DNA from: Candidatus Levyibacteriota bacterium
Lineage (GTDB): Bacteria > Patescibacteriota > Microgenomatia > Levybacterales > UBA12049
Assembly (NCBI GenBank): GCA_016186625.1
Contig: JACPLG010000008.1
Coordinates: 147,142-211,141 of the forward strand
Direction: 5' to 3'
DNA length: 64,000 nucleotides
Of this stretch, positions 1-9,625 are shown one piece after another. The notes below the pieces were generated by a model. The model saw only the letters and a program-made list of their open reading frames with translations. It was not told where the DNA came from and did not search any database. Within the stretch, counting starts at the first letter, position 1. Every line of letters starts with the position of its first letter. The translations under genes and the position numbers were made by a program.

Positions 1-263
1 TTAGGCCAGTTCTAAATTTATTTTCACTTCCCCTAAATGCAGTAACTCTTGGACTTTTTTCTTTTATTGCAAATGCGATTATTCTCTATATCCTAACAGT
101 TTTAGTCCCCGACATTTCTGTCTCAGAGTTTACTTTCAACGGCTTCTCTTTTGCCGGTTTTGTTGTTCCGGTAATTCACTTTAGCACTCTTTATGCCTTT
201 ATAGTCTCGGCCGCAGTCCTTTCACTCATAATCAACTTCTTCGACTGGTTGATTAAAAAATAA
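1..263 (+). CDS. C-terminal fragment of a small multi-pass membrane protein (holin-like/DUF360-like); 5' end lies outside the window
   Basis: Open frame from the window edge to TAA at 261-263. The translation (…LGLFSFIANAIILYILTVLVPDISVSEFTFNGFSFAGFVVPVIHFSTLYAFIVSAAVLSLIINFFDWLIKK) is strongly hydrophobic. Confidence 0.3.
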   Translation, partial: RPVLNLFSLPLNAVTLGLFSFIANAIILYILTVLVPDISVSEFTFNGFSFAGFVVPVIHFSTLYAFIVSAAVLSLIINFFDWLIKK

Positions 264-264
264 T

Positions 265-289
265 TAGCTTCCCACTTGACATGTGGGAA
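265..289. repeat. Palindrome family P copy 1: AGCTTCCCAC-TTGACAT-GTGGGAAC
   Basis: Inverted repeat of 7-8 bp arms with a 7-nt spacer, read directly. Near-identical copies are at 8146, 26783, 56276 and 63018. Confidence 0.6.
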
Positions 290-431
290 CGTAGACTTCC
301 GAAAAAGAAAAATAAAATAATAAACATCCCGACGTGCAAAGCTATTCCACATCGGAAGTGGAACAGCTCTACACCTAAGAATTGAAGCCCTGAACTTGCA
401 AAAAAAACCCATTTGGTAGATAATAAACCTC

Positions 432-641
432 GTGATTTTGATTATCCTTGAATCTTTTGTTGCGGTTGCTCTTATTGTGGTAATTCTCCTTCAAGCTCAG
501 GGTTCAGGACTCTCTGCAAGCTTTGGCGGAACAGGCGAATCGTTCAGAAGCAGACGAAGCGTTGAGAAATTACTGGTTGCGGCAACTATTATTTTGGCAA
601 TTGTTTTTGCGTTTTTATCAATATTACTTCTGATCCCCTAA
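432..641 (+). CDS. secG: Preprotein translocase subunit SecG
   Basis: 69 aa with two TM helices flanking a Gly/Ser-rich loop (QAQGSGLSASFGGTGESF), as is typical of SecG. Confidence 0.7.
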   Translation: MILIILESFVAVALIVVILLQAQGSGLSASFGGTGESFRSRRSVEKLLVAATIILAIVFAFLSILLLIP

Positions 642-653
642 AGCTTAGGACTT

Positions 654-2024
654 ATGATTTTTTTAAAGAGAAAAAGACTCATTTTTTGGCTCCTCAGAGC
701 GTATTTAAAAAAATGGGGAAAGACAATTGGGGCTTTTTTTATTTTTGGATTTTCCATAATTTTTTTACTTTTTTTTAATAGAAATCTTTTGTTTTCAAAA
801 ATACCTGTTGTGAATAGTCAAAGAGTAGGGGTGGCTGGAATCTATTCTTCACGGGACGTCCCGAGTAATTTACCGGAGATTATACTATCCAAATCATCAA
901 GGGGTCTAACAAAAATTTCGGAAAAAGGAGAGGTCACGGCTGATATTGCAAAATCATGGGAAATAAAAGACGACGGGAAAACTTTTGTTTTTTATTTAAA
1001 AGAAGGAATACGTTTTTCCGACGGGGAGGAACTGGACTCATCCGCCATCAACTATAATTTTGAGGACGCTACAATAGAGCGGCCTGCCAAGCAAGTTATA
1101 ATCTTTAAACTGAGGCATAAATATTCCCCGTTTTTAGTAACCCTTGCAAACCATAGAATATTCAAAGAAAATTACGTTGGAATTTCCGACTATAAAATTA
1201 AAAAAATTAAAAAAAACGACGAATTTATCAGAAGCATTGAGCTTGTTAATGCTTTGGACAAACAAAAAATAGAATATATTTTTTACGATACTCAGGAAGC
1301 GCTCAAGCATGCATATGTTTTGGGTGAAATCACTTCAATTATTGATATTAATGATTTGAATTATAAAAACAAAATAAGCTTTGAGAATTTTAACAATACA
1401 ACTACATCAAAAAATATAAATTACAATAAAATTGTTACGATTTTTTTCAATAATTCCGATCCGGTGCTTTCAGATAAAAAGATAAGAAAAGCTCTTGCAT
1501 ACTCTCTTCCCGACACATTTCCTGACGGCCAAAGAACCCGCACCCCTTATGTAAATGAATATTGGTTTAGCGATAAATCGCAAGACTATGAAAGAGATAT
1601 TGAATACGCAAGGCTGCTACTTGAGCAAACAGAGGCCTCAAAAAGCGCCACTATTAAAATTGAAGTCAAAGCTCTTCCCCAATACAAAACTTTAGCCGAG
1701 TCAGTTTCCAAAGAATGGGAAAAAATAGGAATAAAAACTAAAATAGAGGTAGTATATGGCGTTCCTTCCTCCTACCAGGTATTTTTGGGAGAACTGCCGG
1801 TTCTTAGGGACCCGGACCAGTACACGCTGTGGCATACCGGACAAGACAGTAATATCACAAATTATAGAAATCTTAGAATAGATAAGCTTCTTGAAGACGG
1901 TAGAAGAACTTATAATACTTCGGAGCGAAGAAAAATATATTCTGATTTCCAGAAATATCTTCTTGATGACATGCCTGCGGCATTTCTATTTTTTCCATAT
2001 ACTTACACAATAAGCCGAAAGTAA
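654..2024 (+). CDS. Membrane-anchored solute-binding protein, family 5 (peptide/oligosaccharide ABC-type SBP)
   Basis: N-terminal TM segment. Block GLTKISEKGEVTADIAKSWEIKDDGKTFVFYLKEGIRFSDGEELDSSAINYNFE matches the SBP_bac_5 signature region. Confidence 0.55.
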   Translation: MIFLKRKRLIFWLLRAYLKKWGKTIGAFFIFGFSIIFLLFFNRNLLFSKIPVVNSQRVGVAGIYSSRDVPSNLPEIILSKSSRGLTKISEKGEVTADIAKSWEIKDDGKTFVFYLKEGIRFSDGEELDSSAINYNFEDATIERPAKQVIIFKLRHKYSPFLVTLANHRIFKENYVGISDYKIKKIKKNDEFIRSIELVNALDKQKIEYIFYDTQEALKHAYVLGEITSIIDINDLNYKNKISFENFNNTTTSKNINYNKIVTIFFNNSDPVLSDKKIRKALAYSLPDTFPDGQRTRTPYVNEYWFSDKSQDYERDIEYARLLLEQTEASKSATIKIEVKALPQYKTLAESVSKEWEKIGIKTKIEVVYGVPSSYQVFLGELPVLRDPDQYTLWHTGQDSNITNYRNLRIDKLLEDGRRTYNTSERRKIYSDFQKYLLDDMPAAFLFFPYTYTISRK

Positions 2025-2057
2025 ATGGGACAAACCTCTCAAGTTTCGCAATATTCT

Positions 2058-2110
2058 GAGGTGTAAACTTAATTTCACCCCGGGTGTGAATTTCTCTTTA
2101 CACGCCAGGA
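2058..2110. repeat. REP-like nested hairpin family R copy 1 (GGTGTAAA…CACCCCGGGTGTG…TTTACAC), spanning the convergent 3' ends of the SBP gene and uvrC
   Basis: Outer arms GGTGTAAA/TTTACAC enclose the palindromic core CACCCGGGTG. Related copies are at 26824 and 55006. It overlaps the uvrC stop codon. Confidence 0.5.
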
Positions 2111-3390
2111 GTGAGGATAAATTTACTTCTTAGTTTTCGATGGTATACTAGTGCAAACCTATGTGCCTCATCACGAATTCTTCTAACGAGTATTAGCGCC
2201 GGTGAACTGTGAGAAAACCGAATTATTTTAAAATCAGATGTGATTAATAATTCTTCTCTTTTGGCAATTCCTATAACAGGAATAGATACGTTTTCCTCAA
2301 ATAAAGCTTTATTTACTACCGATACTTGTCCCTTTCCTCCATCAACAATAATCAAATTTGGAAACTCCCAATCTTTATGGTTAAGCCGTCTTTTAATAAC
2401 TTCCCTGATCATGGCAAAATCATTTGGGATTACCCTTGGCGGTCTTTTAATTTGAAATCTTCTGTATTCTTGGACATCTTTCTCCCCGTTTATAAAAACC
2501 ACCATAGAACCCGTAGCATGGATTCCTCCAATATTTGAGATATCATAACACTCGATTCGAAATAAACTTTTAACACCAACTCCGTTTAACTGAAGCGTTT
2601 TTTGAAGCTCGCTGAGTTCTTTGGTTCTTAAATCAGACCTTAGATTAGGATTTTGTTCATATTCAAAAGGACTTCTTCTTGGAGACGTGATTAACAATAT
2701 TGCATCAATTTTTTGCTGAATCTGCGCTGCCTTTTCAAAGTTTTCAGACCTACTTTGCTTATCTCGATCTTTTTCAAGGTCTTTTATTATTTTTTTTGCT
2801 TTACCTTCAAAAAAGTGGATGATATGCTTGATATTTTTGCGGTATTCTCTTAACTCTTGTTTATTTTTAAACATGGGAGGGCATGGACAAAGATCTAAGT
2901 GGTGGTAAAGACAGTATCTCTTAGGATGATTTACAACTGACTGGTACGGGAAAATTTTTCTGATCAGTTTCATGACTACTTTTAGATCATTTGAGCTAGG
3001 ATATGGTCCAAAATATATTGACTTCCCGTCTTCTTCTCTTCTTGCCAGTAAAACTTTTGGAATCTTCTCTCCATTTGTAATTTTTGCGCGAATATAACTC
3101 TTTCCGTCCGTTAGTCTTGCGTTATATTTTGGATTATATTTTTTAATAAGGTTTGCTTCCAGAAGAAGTGCCTCAATCTCGGAATCAACGGGAACTGTTT
3201 TTACCTTTTTTATTTTGCCGACTAAAGCCTGAGTTTTTGGTCCGAGATCCTTATTGAGAAAGTAAGACGAAACACGTTTTTTTAAATTCTTAGCTTTACC
3301 AACATAAAGAACTTCCCTATTTTCATCGATGAATAGATAAACCCCTTCTTTTGAAGACAATGATTGATATAGCTGCTGTTGTTGTAACAA
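2098..3390 (-). CDS. uvrC: Excinuclease ABC subunit C (short form lacking the C-terminal HhH)
   Basis: N-terminal GIY-YIG motif (GVYLFIDENREVLYVGKAKNLKKRVSSYF). Central UvrC domain with CxxC. C-terminal RNaseH-like endonuclease region (IIVDGGKGQVSVVNKAL…IPVIGIAK). Confidence 0.85.
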   Translation of the reverse strand: MLQQQQLYQSLSSKEGVYLFIDENREVLYVGKAKNLKKRVSSYFLNKDLGPKTQALVGKIKKVKTVPVDSEIEALLLEANLIKKYNPKYNARLTDGKSYIRAKITNGEKIPKVLLARREEDGKSIYFGPYPSSNDLKVVMKLIRKIFPYQSVVNHPKRYCLYHHLDLCPCPPMFKNKQELREYRKNIKHIIHFFEGKAKKIIKDLEKDRDKQSRSENFEKAAQIQQKIDAILLITSPRRSPFEYEQNPNLRSDLRTKELSELQKTLQLNGVGVKSLFRIECYDISNIGGIHATGSMVVFINGEKDVQEYRRFQIKRPPRVIPNDFAMIREVIKRRLNHKDWEFPNLIIVDGGKGQVSVVNKALFEENVSIPVIGIAKREELLITSDFKIIRFSHSSPALILVRRIRDEAHRFALVYHRKLRSKFILTPGV

Positions 3391-5194
3391 TTATGAGCCC
3401 TCCAACTAATGCGGCAATAAAATATATATGTTTGTAAAAAGGAAGAATAACTACCCCTTTTTCCAAAATATCTTTGCCGATTGCAATTCTAATTGTATCG
3501 GTTTCGTTTGTCAAAAAAGGTCTCGGATTAAATTTTACTGGAATAACTTTCCTGCCATATGGAGGAATTTTCTCAAAATATAAATTTTGAGAAAAGGGGT
3601 TAAGCTTTTCAGATGTCACCTTAACGTTTTGATCAGGAGCAAGAACCCCGGAATTATTAGTAAGGATAATTTCTCCGTTAATGGATAGTCCTCCAAAATA
3701 GGTTTTAGAAAAATTTGTTGAAGCGCTAAGAACTGGCATTTTCTTAACAAAAACTTTTGACACACTTACTTTGACGTCTTGAGCGCTTTTTTTACCTGGA
3801 ATTTTATAACCTCCAGCTGGGATAGGGTACTGACTGTCAACGCCCTTTACTACAAAAGCGAAATGGTCAAAATCAAAGACATTAAAGTAGTCAATTCCTC
3901 CTGTGGTGTTTTGCCAGGTTGGGTCAACCATAATCCATGCCTCCTTTTCAAAATCGTAATACTGCGGCCAACTATGCAAAACGTCTTTATATAAGGACAG
4001 AGGGCGCTTTGCGGAATTAGTTGTGTTTGCATATCCCTCAACGGAGCGTGCAGGAATTCCGGCAGCGCGCACAAGAGCTATGAAAAGATCTGTAAACTCA
4101 AGACACACCGCTGAATTTTTATTTTTTAAAACTCCTGCAGCTCCTGCCCTTACCTGGACATCCTTTACTCTTCCTTCATCATATTTCAGATTCTCAACAA
4201 CCCAGTTGTAGATTTTTTCAGGAGTTTTGAGCTCCGAAGCGAGCTTTTTTATTTCCGCGTCATTTGTATTCCAATACTCTTGAGATTTTAGAAAAGTTTG
4301 TTTTTGAACCTGGGTTAAAGGTTCTTTTCTGGGTTTATAAGAAACCCTAGCTACACCTTTTACCAAAACGTCCAAATCTTTTGATGGAAGGAGTCTATAT
4401 TTTGCAAGCCAGTTGCCATCCCCATCAACATAGACATCAATTGGCCTTGGGTTAATATCATCAATAAAAACGGTTTGATAATTATTATCAGACGGTATTG
4501 CAATCTCTGTTACTATTGGATACAAATTTTTATTCTGGAGATGATAGGTAAGTTCAAAGGAATAATTCTGGGTCTGCCCATATGCGATTGATATTCCACC
4601 ACTTCCCAAGTCATTTTTTGAAAAAGATAGGGAATTTGCGGAGGTTTTTACGTTTTTTACAAGAGGCTTTATGATGCTAGGACTACCAAAAGTTTGCGGA
4701 ACGGCTACAGTTGAGCTAAAGGTTTCATAATCTTGCTGATCCGAAATTCCGGGAATATTTATTTCCCAAATATCGCCGAAATTTTTTGCAATTTCGGAGG
4801 TTTCAAAATTTATTTTAAACTTTTGGGAATTGTTAATTCCTACAACTTTCTGATTAAAACTAAATGATAAAAGTGTCCCTTTGTTGTTTTTGCTAAGTTT
4901 GGGTTTCAACTCTCCTATTAAATCCGACCCTTTTATATTTTTGATTTCTTCAAAACCTGTCTGGATACTATATGAGTTTGCATAGAATTCCGATGTTTTA
5001 TTTTTTAGCTCAACATCAATTCCTACATTCGTAGTCCCATTTTCCGACACTTGGTAGGTAATGTTATAAAAGGTGGAAAAATTATTAGAGGCTAGAGCAC
5101 TCTTAGCAAATATAAGAGAAAGGATGAATATCGTAAATACCAGAGTAAACAGTCTCGCGAAGCGAGATCTGGCTTCGCCAGAATTTTTTTTCAT
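3323..5194 (-). CDS. Transglutaminase-like domain membrane/secreted protein
   Basis: N-terminal signal/TM. Transglutaminase core motif with catalytic Cys (AVCLEFTDLFIALVRAAGIPARSVEGY). C-terminal TM segment. Confidence 0.6.
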   Translation of the reverse strand: MKKNSGEARSRFARLFTLVFTIFILSLIFAKSALASNNFSTFYNITYQVSENGTTNVGIDVELKNKTSEFYANSYSIQTGFEEIKNIKGSDLIGELKPKLSKNNKGTLLSFSFNQKVVGINNSQKFKINFETSEIAKNFGDIWEINIPGISDQQDYETFSSTVAVPQTFGSPSIIKPLVKNVKTSANSLSFSKNDLGSGGISIAYGQTQNYSFELTYHLQNKNLYPIVTEIAIPSDNNYQTVFIDDINPRPIDVYVDGDGNWLAKYRLLPSKDLDVLVKGVARVSYKPRKEPLTQVQKQTFLKSQEYWNTNDAEIKKLASELKTPEKIYNWVVENLKYDEGRVKDVQVRAGAAGVLKNKNSAVCLEFTDLFIALVRAAGIPARSVEGYANTTNSAKRPLSLYKDVLHSWPQYYDFEKEAWIMVDPTWQNTTGGIDYFNVFDFDHFAFVVKGVDSQYPIPAGGYKIPGKKSAQDVKVSVSKVFVKKMPVLSASTNFSKTYFGGLSINGEIILTNNSGVLAPDQNVKVTSEKLNPFSQNLYFEKIPPYGRKVIPVKFNPRPFLTNETDTIRIAIGKDILEKGVVILPFYKHIYFIAALVGGLIIVTTTAAISIIVFKRRGLSIHR

Positions 5195-5228
5195 TTAATA
5201 TATTGTTTATCCCACCTAGATTATATAT

Positions 5229-8108
5229 CTAACGGGGTAAAACTTTTTTTAAAAATTGTCCAGTATAGGATTTGGAATTAGTAGAAATTTCTTTTGGTGT
5301 CCCTTCTGCTACGATTTGTCCGCCTCCTTCTCCACCATCAGGACCTAAGTCTATTATATAATCGGCGTTTTTAATAATATCAAGATTGTGCTCGATTATT
5401 ATTACCGTATTTCCCATATCAACGAGACGGCGCAGCACTTGCAGAAGTTTTTCAAGGTCTGCAAAATGAAGACCGGATGTCGGTTCATCAAGTAGATAAA
5501 GAGCATTGGACCCTCTTTTCGAAAGCTCTGTTGCCAATTTTACACGTTGTGCTTCACCTCCTGAAAGAGTCGGTGCAGGCTGTCCAAGTTTTATATAAGA
5601 TAGCCCTACGTCATTTAAAGTTTGGAGTCTATTGTTAAGAGCCGGAATAAAATTAAAGAATCCTGCTGCCTCAAAAACGCTCATAGAAAGAACGTCTGCA
5701 ATATTTTTTCCGCTAAATTGTACTTCCAAAGCCTCTTTATTGTATTGTTTTCCCTCACAAACCTCGCACTTTATATAAACGTCAGGTAAGAATTGCATTT
5801 CAATTTTGATCTGACCCTCGCCTTCACAAGCCTCACACCGTCCTCCTTTAACATTAAAAGAAAATCTTCCCGGTCCATAACCCTTAAGCCGGGCAGACTT
5901 GGTTTTGGCAAAAATATCTCTTATATAATTAAAAGCTCCGGTATAGGTTGCAGGGTTGCTCCTGGGAGTTCTTCCAATCGGGCTTTGGTCAATTAAATAA
6001 ATATGCTTAACGTGTTCAAACCCTTGAATACTTTTATACTTTCCGGGTTTTTGCCTATGGAACGGATTTTCAATCTGCATAAGCCCGTGGTACAAAATAT
6101 CATTGATAAGGGTTGATTTTCCCGATCCCGAGACTCCAGTCACCACAATTAGTTTTTTAAGGGGAAAAGTAACATCTATGTTTTTAAGATTATGCTCAGA
6201 AGCACCCCTTATGATTAATTTTTCTGAAATTCCGTTTGTTTGAACGCTTTCTATTTTTATTTTCCGTCTTCCCGAGAGATACTGTCCTGTTAGAGAATCT
6301 TTGTTTCTCTTTATTTGATCAATTGTTCCCTGAAAAACAATTCTCCCTCCCTCTTCTCCGGCAAGAGGCCCAAAGTCTATAACCTCATCCGAAGAGCGCA
6401 TTGTTTCCTCATCATGCTCAACAACAAGAACTGTATTTCCCAGATTTTTAAGCTTAATAAGTGTTTCAATTAGTTTTTTGTTGTCTTTCTGGTGAAGACC
6501 GATTGAAGGCTCGTCCAAAACATAAAGTACGCCGGTCAAGCCTGAGCCAATCTGAGATGCAAGTCTTATTCTTTGGGCTTCTCCACCAGCGAGTGTTTCA
6601 GCCCCCCGGGAAAGAGTTAAGTAATTGAGTCCAACATCAGTCAGAAAAGTCAGGCGCTCTTTAATCTCTTTTATAATCAAGCGTCCTATTGTATTTTCGC
6701 GTCCAGTTATTACTTTGTGAAGATTATCTACAAAAGCAAGCGACTCATCAATTGAAGTATCACAAGCCTCAATTATTGATTTATTATTTATAGTTACGGA
6801 TAATGCCTCTTTTTTAAGACGAGAGCCATTACACTGCGGACAAATTTCATATCTCATAAATTTTTCAATTTGAGATTTGAAAAACATCGACTCTGTATTT
6901 TGATATCGGTTCTTAAGCTCTTGTAAAATTCCAGGGAAAGTTTCGGTAATTGTGGTTCCTCTTCCCCATCTATTTTGCCCATGAACAGAGTACTGTCTAT
7001 CCCCTGTTCCTTTAAGAAGAAGATCTTTTTTAGTGCTGTGAATTTCCGATAGTCTTTGGTTTAGGGGAATTGCGTTTTCCTCACAAAAAGTTTTAAAGGT
7101 GCGGGAAAACCAGGTATCATGGGAGAGTAAATTTGAAAACGGCAATATTCCTCCTTCAAGAATTGTCAGATTGTTGTTAAAAATCAGGCCCGGATCAACG
7201 GTTAGAATTGTTCCCAGTCCGTCACATGTTGGACATGCACCGTGTGGAGTGTTAAATGAAAAGATTCTGGGTTCTATCTCTGGAAGTGAAATATTATCAA
7301 CCGGGCATGCGAATTTTGTCGAAAATAAATGATCTTCCATTTTCTTAGGACTGTCTGGTATCTCAAAACCGGAATCTTTAATAACACTTAAAACTGCCTC
7401 TCCATCGCCAAACTTTAGTGCCTGCTCAACATCTGTAGATAAGCGGGATCTGTCTGTTTTATTATTCAACATTAATTTATCAACAATAAGCTCAATTGAA
7501 TGCTTGTTTGTTTTAATTAAAACCAGCTCTTCTGAAAGATCATAAATAACCCTGTCAACTCGTACTTGTTTGTACCCGCGTTTTCTCAAATCTTCAAAAA
7601 GCTGTCCATACTCACCTTTTCTGTCTTTAACAATCGGGGCAAGAATCATAGCTTTAACGTTTTTTGAATTATTGTTCGAAGGAAAAGCCATTATCATATC
7701 TGTGATTTGTTCGGGAGCAAGATGTGAGATTTCCCTACCACATATCGGACAGTGGGGATGACCAATTCTGGCAAAAAGCAGGCGCAGATAATCATAGATT
7801 TCAGTAACTGTCCCAACAGTGGACCGGGGATTTCTGGAAGTTGATTTTTGGTCAATTGAAATTGCCGGCGAAAGTCCTTCAATAAGGTCCACGTCCGGCT
7901 TTTTCATTACTCCTAAAAATTGCCTTGCATAAGAAGAAAGACTTTCTACATATCGGCGCTGACCTTCTGCGTAAATCGTGTCAAATGCAAGAGAGGATTT
8001 TCCACTTCCTGAAAGTCCTGTAAAAACAACAAGTTTATTCTTGGGAATCTCAAGGTCTATATTCTTTAGATTATGCTCTCTTGCCCCTTTGATAATTATC
8101 TTATCCAT
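5229..8108 (-). CDS. uvrA: Excinuclease ABC subunit A
   Basis: 959 aa with two ABC ATPase modules ([12 protein letters not shown] and [11 protein letters not shown] Walker A motifs), zinc-finger CxxC pairs and signature LSGGE motifs. Confidence 0.95.
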   Translation of the reverse strand: MDKIIIKGAREHNLKNIDLEIPKNKLVVFTGLSGSGKSSLAFDTIYAEGQRRYVESLSSYARQFLGVMKKPDVDLIEGLSPAISIDQKSTSRNPRSTVGTVTEIYDYLRLLFARIGHPHCPICGREISHLAPEQITDMIMAFPSNNNSKNVKAMILAPIVKDRKGEYGQLFEDLRKRGYKQVRVDRVIYDLSEELVLIKTNKHSIELIVDKLMLNNKTDRSRLSTDVEQALKFGDGEAVLSVIKDSGFEIPDSPKKMEDHLFSTKFACPVDNISLPEIEPRIFSFNTPHGACPTCDGLGTILTVDPGLIFNNNLTILEGGILPFSNLLSHDTWFSRTFKTFCEENAIPLNQRLSEIHSTKKDLLLKGTGDRQYSVHGQNRWGRGTTITETFPGILQELKNRYQNTESMFFKSQIEKFMRYEICPQCNGSRLKKEALSVTINNKSIIEACDTSIDESLAFVDNLHKVITGRENTIGRLIIKEIKERLTFLTDVGLNYLTLSRGAETLAGGEAQRIRLASQIGSGLTGVLYVLDEPSIGLHQKDNKKLIETLIKLKNLGNTVLVVEHDEETMRSSDEVIDFGPLAGEEGGRIVFQGTIDQIKRNKDSLTGQYLSGRRKIKIESVQTNGISEKLIIRGASEHNLKNIDVTFPLKKLIVVTGVSGSGKSTLINDILYHGLMQIENPFHRQKPGKYKSIQGFEHVKHIYLIDQSPIGRTPRSNPATYTGAFNYIRDIFAKTKSARLKGYGPGRFSFNVKGGRCEACEGEGQIKIEMQFLPDVYIKCEVCEGKQYNKEALEVQFSGKNIADVLSMSVFEAAGFFNFIPALNNRLQTLNDVGLSYIKLGQPAPTLSGGEAQRVKLATELSKRGSNALYLLDEPTSGLHFADLEKLLQVLRRLVDMGNTVIIIEHNLDIIKNADYIIDLGPDGGEGGGQIVAEGTPKEISTNSKSYTGQFLKKVLPR

Positions 8109-8145
8109 ATTACTTTCCCTACGGTACTACGCATCTAAATCTAGC

Positions 8146-8166
8146 TTCCCACTTGACAAGTGGGAA
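8146..8166. promoter_or_regulatory. Palindrome family P copy 2 (TTCCCAC-TTGACAA-GTGGGAA), 38-58 bp upstream of the uvrA start codon
   Basis: Read directly. The spacer contains the -35-like hexamer TTGACA (8153-8158). It sits between the CAP-domain gene's 3' end and the uvrA start. Confidence 0.5.
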
Positions 8167-8316
8167 CACACTTCATACTTATGTGTTGATGAAAAATAAA
8201 CGGTTTTGCCGAAGAAATATTATAGAGGAAAAAATCTCCAGCGTCTAGGGTGTGGGTTGTAGGGCGTAGGACAACGATCTAAAACTAATCCCTAAACGCT
8301 ACACCCTACTCCCTAG

Positions 8317-8895
8317 TTAGGGTTTCCATGCTTCAAAGACAAAGTGATTTCCATTACTAACTACACATCCGTATGGCACGTCTTTACTTAAATTTTCGTT
8401 GTGGCCGGAAGAGGTGATCCAGCCGGGGACTACTTTATCCGGATCAGAATTCATGGCAATATTTTCTGCAACTTCTGACCAGGATGGATATGGAAGAGTT
8501 TTTGAGTCAATTCGCTGACGAAACTCGTCATGAGAAAAATTTGACATAATTTCAAAGACCCGAGTCTTGGCAAAAAAACATGTCTCGGAATTTGCAGCCA
8601 AAGGTGGAAGACCTTTTCCTGCCCGAAATGAATTAATTTGTTGTAGTAAGTCCGTGACACCAGCTTCTGGAGATTTTGACGGGTATACTAGTATATCCGT
8701 AACAGTTGGAGTTTGTTTGGGAGTGATTGTGGGCCTCCGGCTCGGAGAAGCCTCCGGCTCGGAGAGACTTATTGTTGGAGTTATGAATACTTCTTCACTG
8801 GTTATTCCCGCAATGTTTTGTTGGGGCGCGTTGGCTGAGGTTACAAATCCTATTAAAGCAGTTAAAATTGGTAAAGTTCCGAGGATAAAAAACAC
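8317..8895 (-). CDS. Secreted CAP/SCP (YkwD-like) domain protein with a Pro/Thr-rich linker
   Basis: Signal peptide, then PT-rich linker. CAP-like blocks (LLQQINSFRAGKGLPPLAANSETCFFAKTRVFEI … SSGHNENLSKDVPYGCVV). Confidence 0.5.
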   Translation of the reverse strand: MFFILGTLPILTALIGFVTSANAPQQNIAGITSEEVFITPTISLSEPEASPSRRPTITPKQTPTVTDILVYPSKSPEAGVTDLLQQINSFRAGKGLPPLAANSETCFFAKTRVFEIMSNFSHDEFRQRIDSKTLPYPSWSEVAENIAMNSDPDKVVPGWITSSGHNENLSKDVPYGCVVSNGNHFVFEAWKP

Positions 8896-8997
8896 CTTAT
8901 AGATCTTATTAAAAAAATCTTCTTAAATCAATCAGAAAAATTATGATTTTTTTTAATATTTATGGGATTTGTATTTTTCTGATCTATTTTGTCCGTA

Positions 8998-9026
8998 TTG
9001 ACTTGTAGTTTTTCACAACATAATAT
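8998..9026 (+). promoter_or_regulatory. Candidate sigma70-type promoter (TTGACT-17 nt-TAATAT)
   Basis: -35 TTGACT at 8998-9003, a 17-nt spacer, and -10 TAATAT at 9021-9026, read directly. Confidence 0.35.
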
Positions 9027-9103
9027 GTTGAAAATAATTAAGAGTTGGTTATCTAACTATATCAAGGTATATATAAAGCAATTCTGACCGCAAACGGAGG
9101 AAT

Positions 9104-9199
9104 ATGATAAATGTCCTAATTAGTTTAGACGGCAAAAAGACTTGTATAGAAATATACAGGTCTTTTTTGTTGCGTTTTAAAGACGCTGCCCATCTTTAA
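9104..9199 (+). CDS. Candidate 31-codon leader/small ORF (MINVLISLDGKKTCIEIYRSFLLRFKDAAHL) with a strong SD
   Basis: GGAGG at 9096-9100, four nt before the ATG. The ORF overlaps the terminator hairpin at 9138-9169. It is not in the six-frame track because it is under 60 aa. Confidence 0.25.
   Translation: MINVLISLDGKKTCIEIYRSFLLRFKDAAHL
9138..9169 (+). terminator. Intrinsic terminator (11-bp stem, GAAA loop, T6 tail)
   Basis: AGACTTGTATA-GAAA-TATACAGGTCT followed by TTTTTTG. Confidence 0.55.
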
Positions 9200-9250
9200 A
9201 AAAGCATTGTGAAGTGAAGTCCCGCACCCGTTCAGGTTTACATAAATGAT

Positions 9251-9508
9251 ATGTATTACGTTTATGTTTTGAGAAGTAAAAAAGACGGAAAGCTTTATAC
9301 AGGTTTTACAGACAATCCTGAAAAAAGACTTAAAAAACACAATGCAGGTGAAGTTTTATCAACAAAGGTAAGAGTTCCTTTTGAGATAGTTTATTTGGAA
9401 GGGTGCAAAAACAAAACTGATGCATTGCATAGAGAAATTTATTTAAAAACAAGTTGGGGAAAAAGATACGTGAAAAATAGAATTAAAAATTATCTTAGAT
9501 CCCATTGA
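9251..9508 (+). CDS. GIY-YIG nuclease superfamily protein (UPF0213-like)
   Basis: MYYVYVLRSKKDGKLYTGFTDNPEKRLKKHN matches the GIY-YIG core. Confidence 0.75.
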   Translation: MYYVYVLRSKKDGKLYTGFTDNPEKRLKKHNAGEVLSTKVRVPFEIVYLEGCKNKTDALHREIYLKTSWGKRYVKNRIKNYLRSH

Positions 9509-9541
9509 ATGGCTTTGAAGCCTATTCAATTGGGATAGAGG

Positions 9542-9605
9542 CCACAGTTGGATAGCTAACGCATCCAACGTGGTCCCATGAAGTGCTCCATAGGAGCTAC
9601 TTCAT
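9542..9605 (+). promoter_or_regulatory. Two adjacent hairpins in the 5' leader of the TasA-like gene, immediately before its SD
   Basis: CCACAGTTGGAT…ATCCAACGTGG and ATGAAGTGCTCC-ATAGG-AGCTACTTCAT, then AGGGAGGGGGTGA and ATG at 9626. Confidence 0.3.
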
Positions 9606-9625
9606 AGGGAGGGGGTGAGAAAATT

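Noticed and set aside
191-412. 73-aa minus-strand ORF
   Set aside because: It overlaps the family-P palindrome and the promoter region of secG. Its 'FPHVKWEA' segment is simply the palindrome translated. It is likely spurious.
2240-2538. Internal plus-strand ORFs inside uvrC, and similar antisense ORFs inside uvrA, the P-type ATPase, ppsA, polX and others
   Set aside because: These are shadow ORFs inside well-supported genes on the opposite strand.
9125-9340. 71-aa minus-strand ORF overlapping the GIY-YIG start
   Set aside because: It is antisense to a clear promoter/SD/terminator unit and to the GIY-YIG start. It is low-complexity with no SD.
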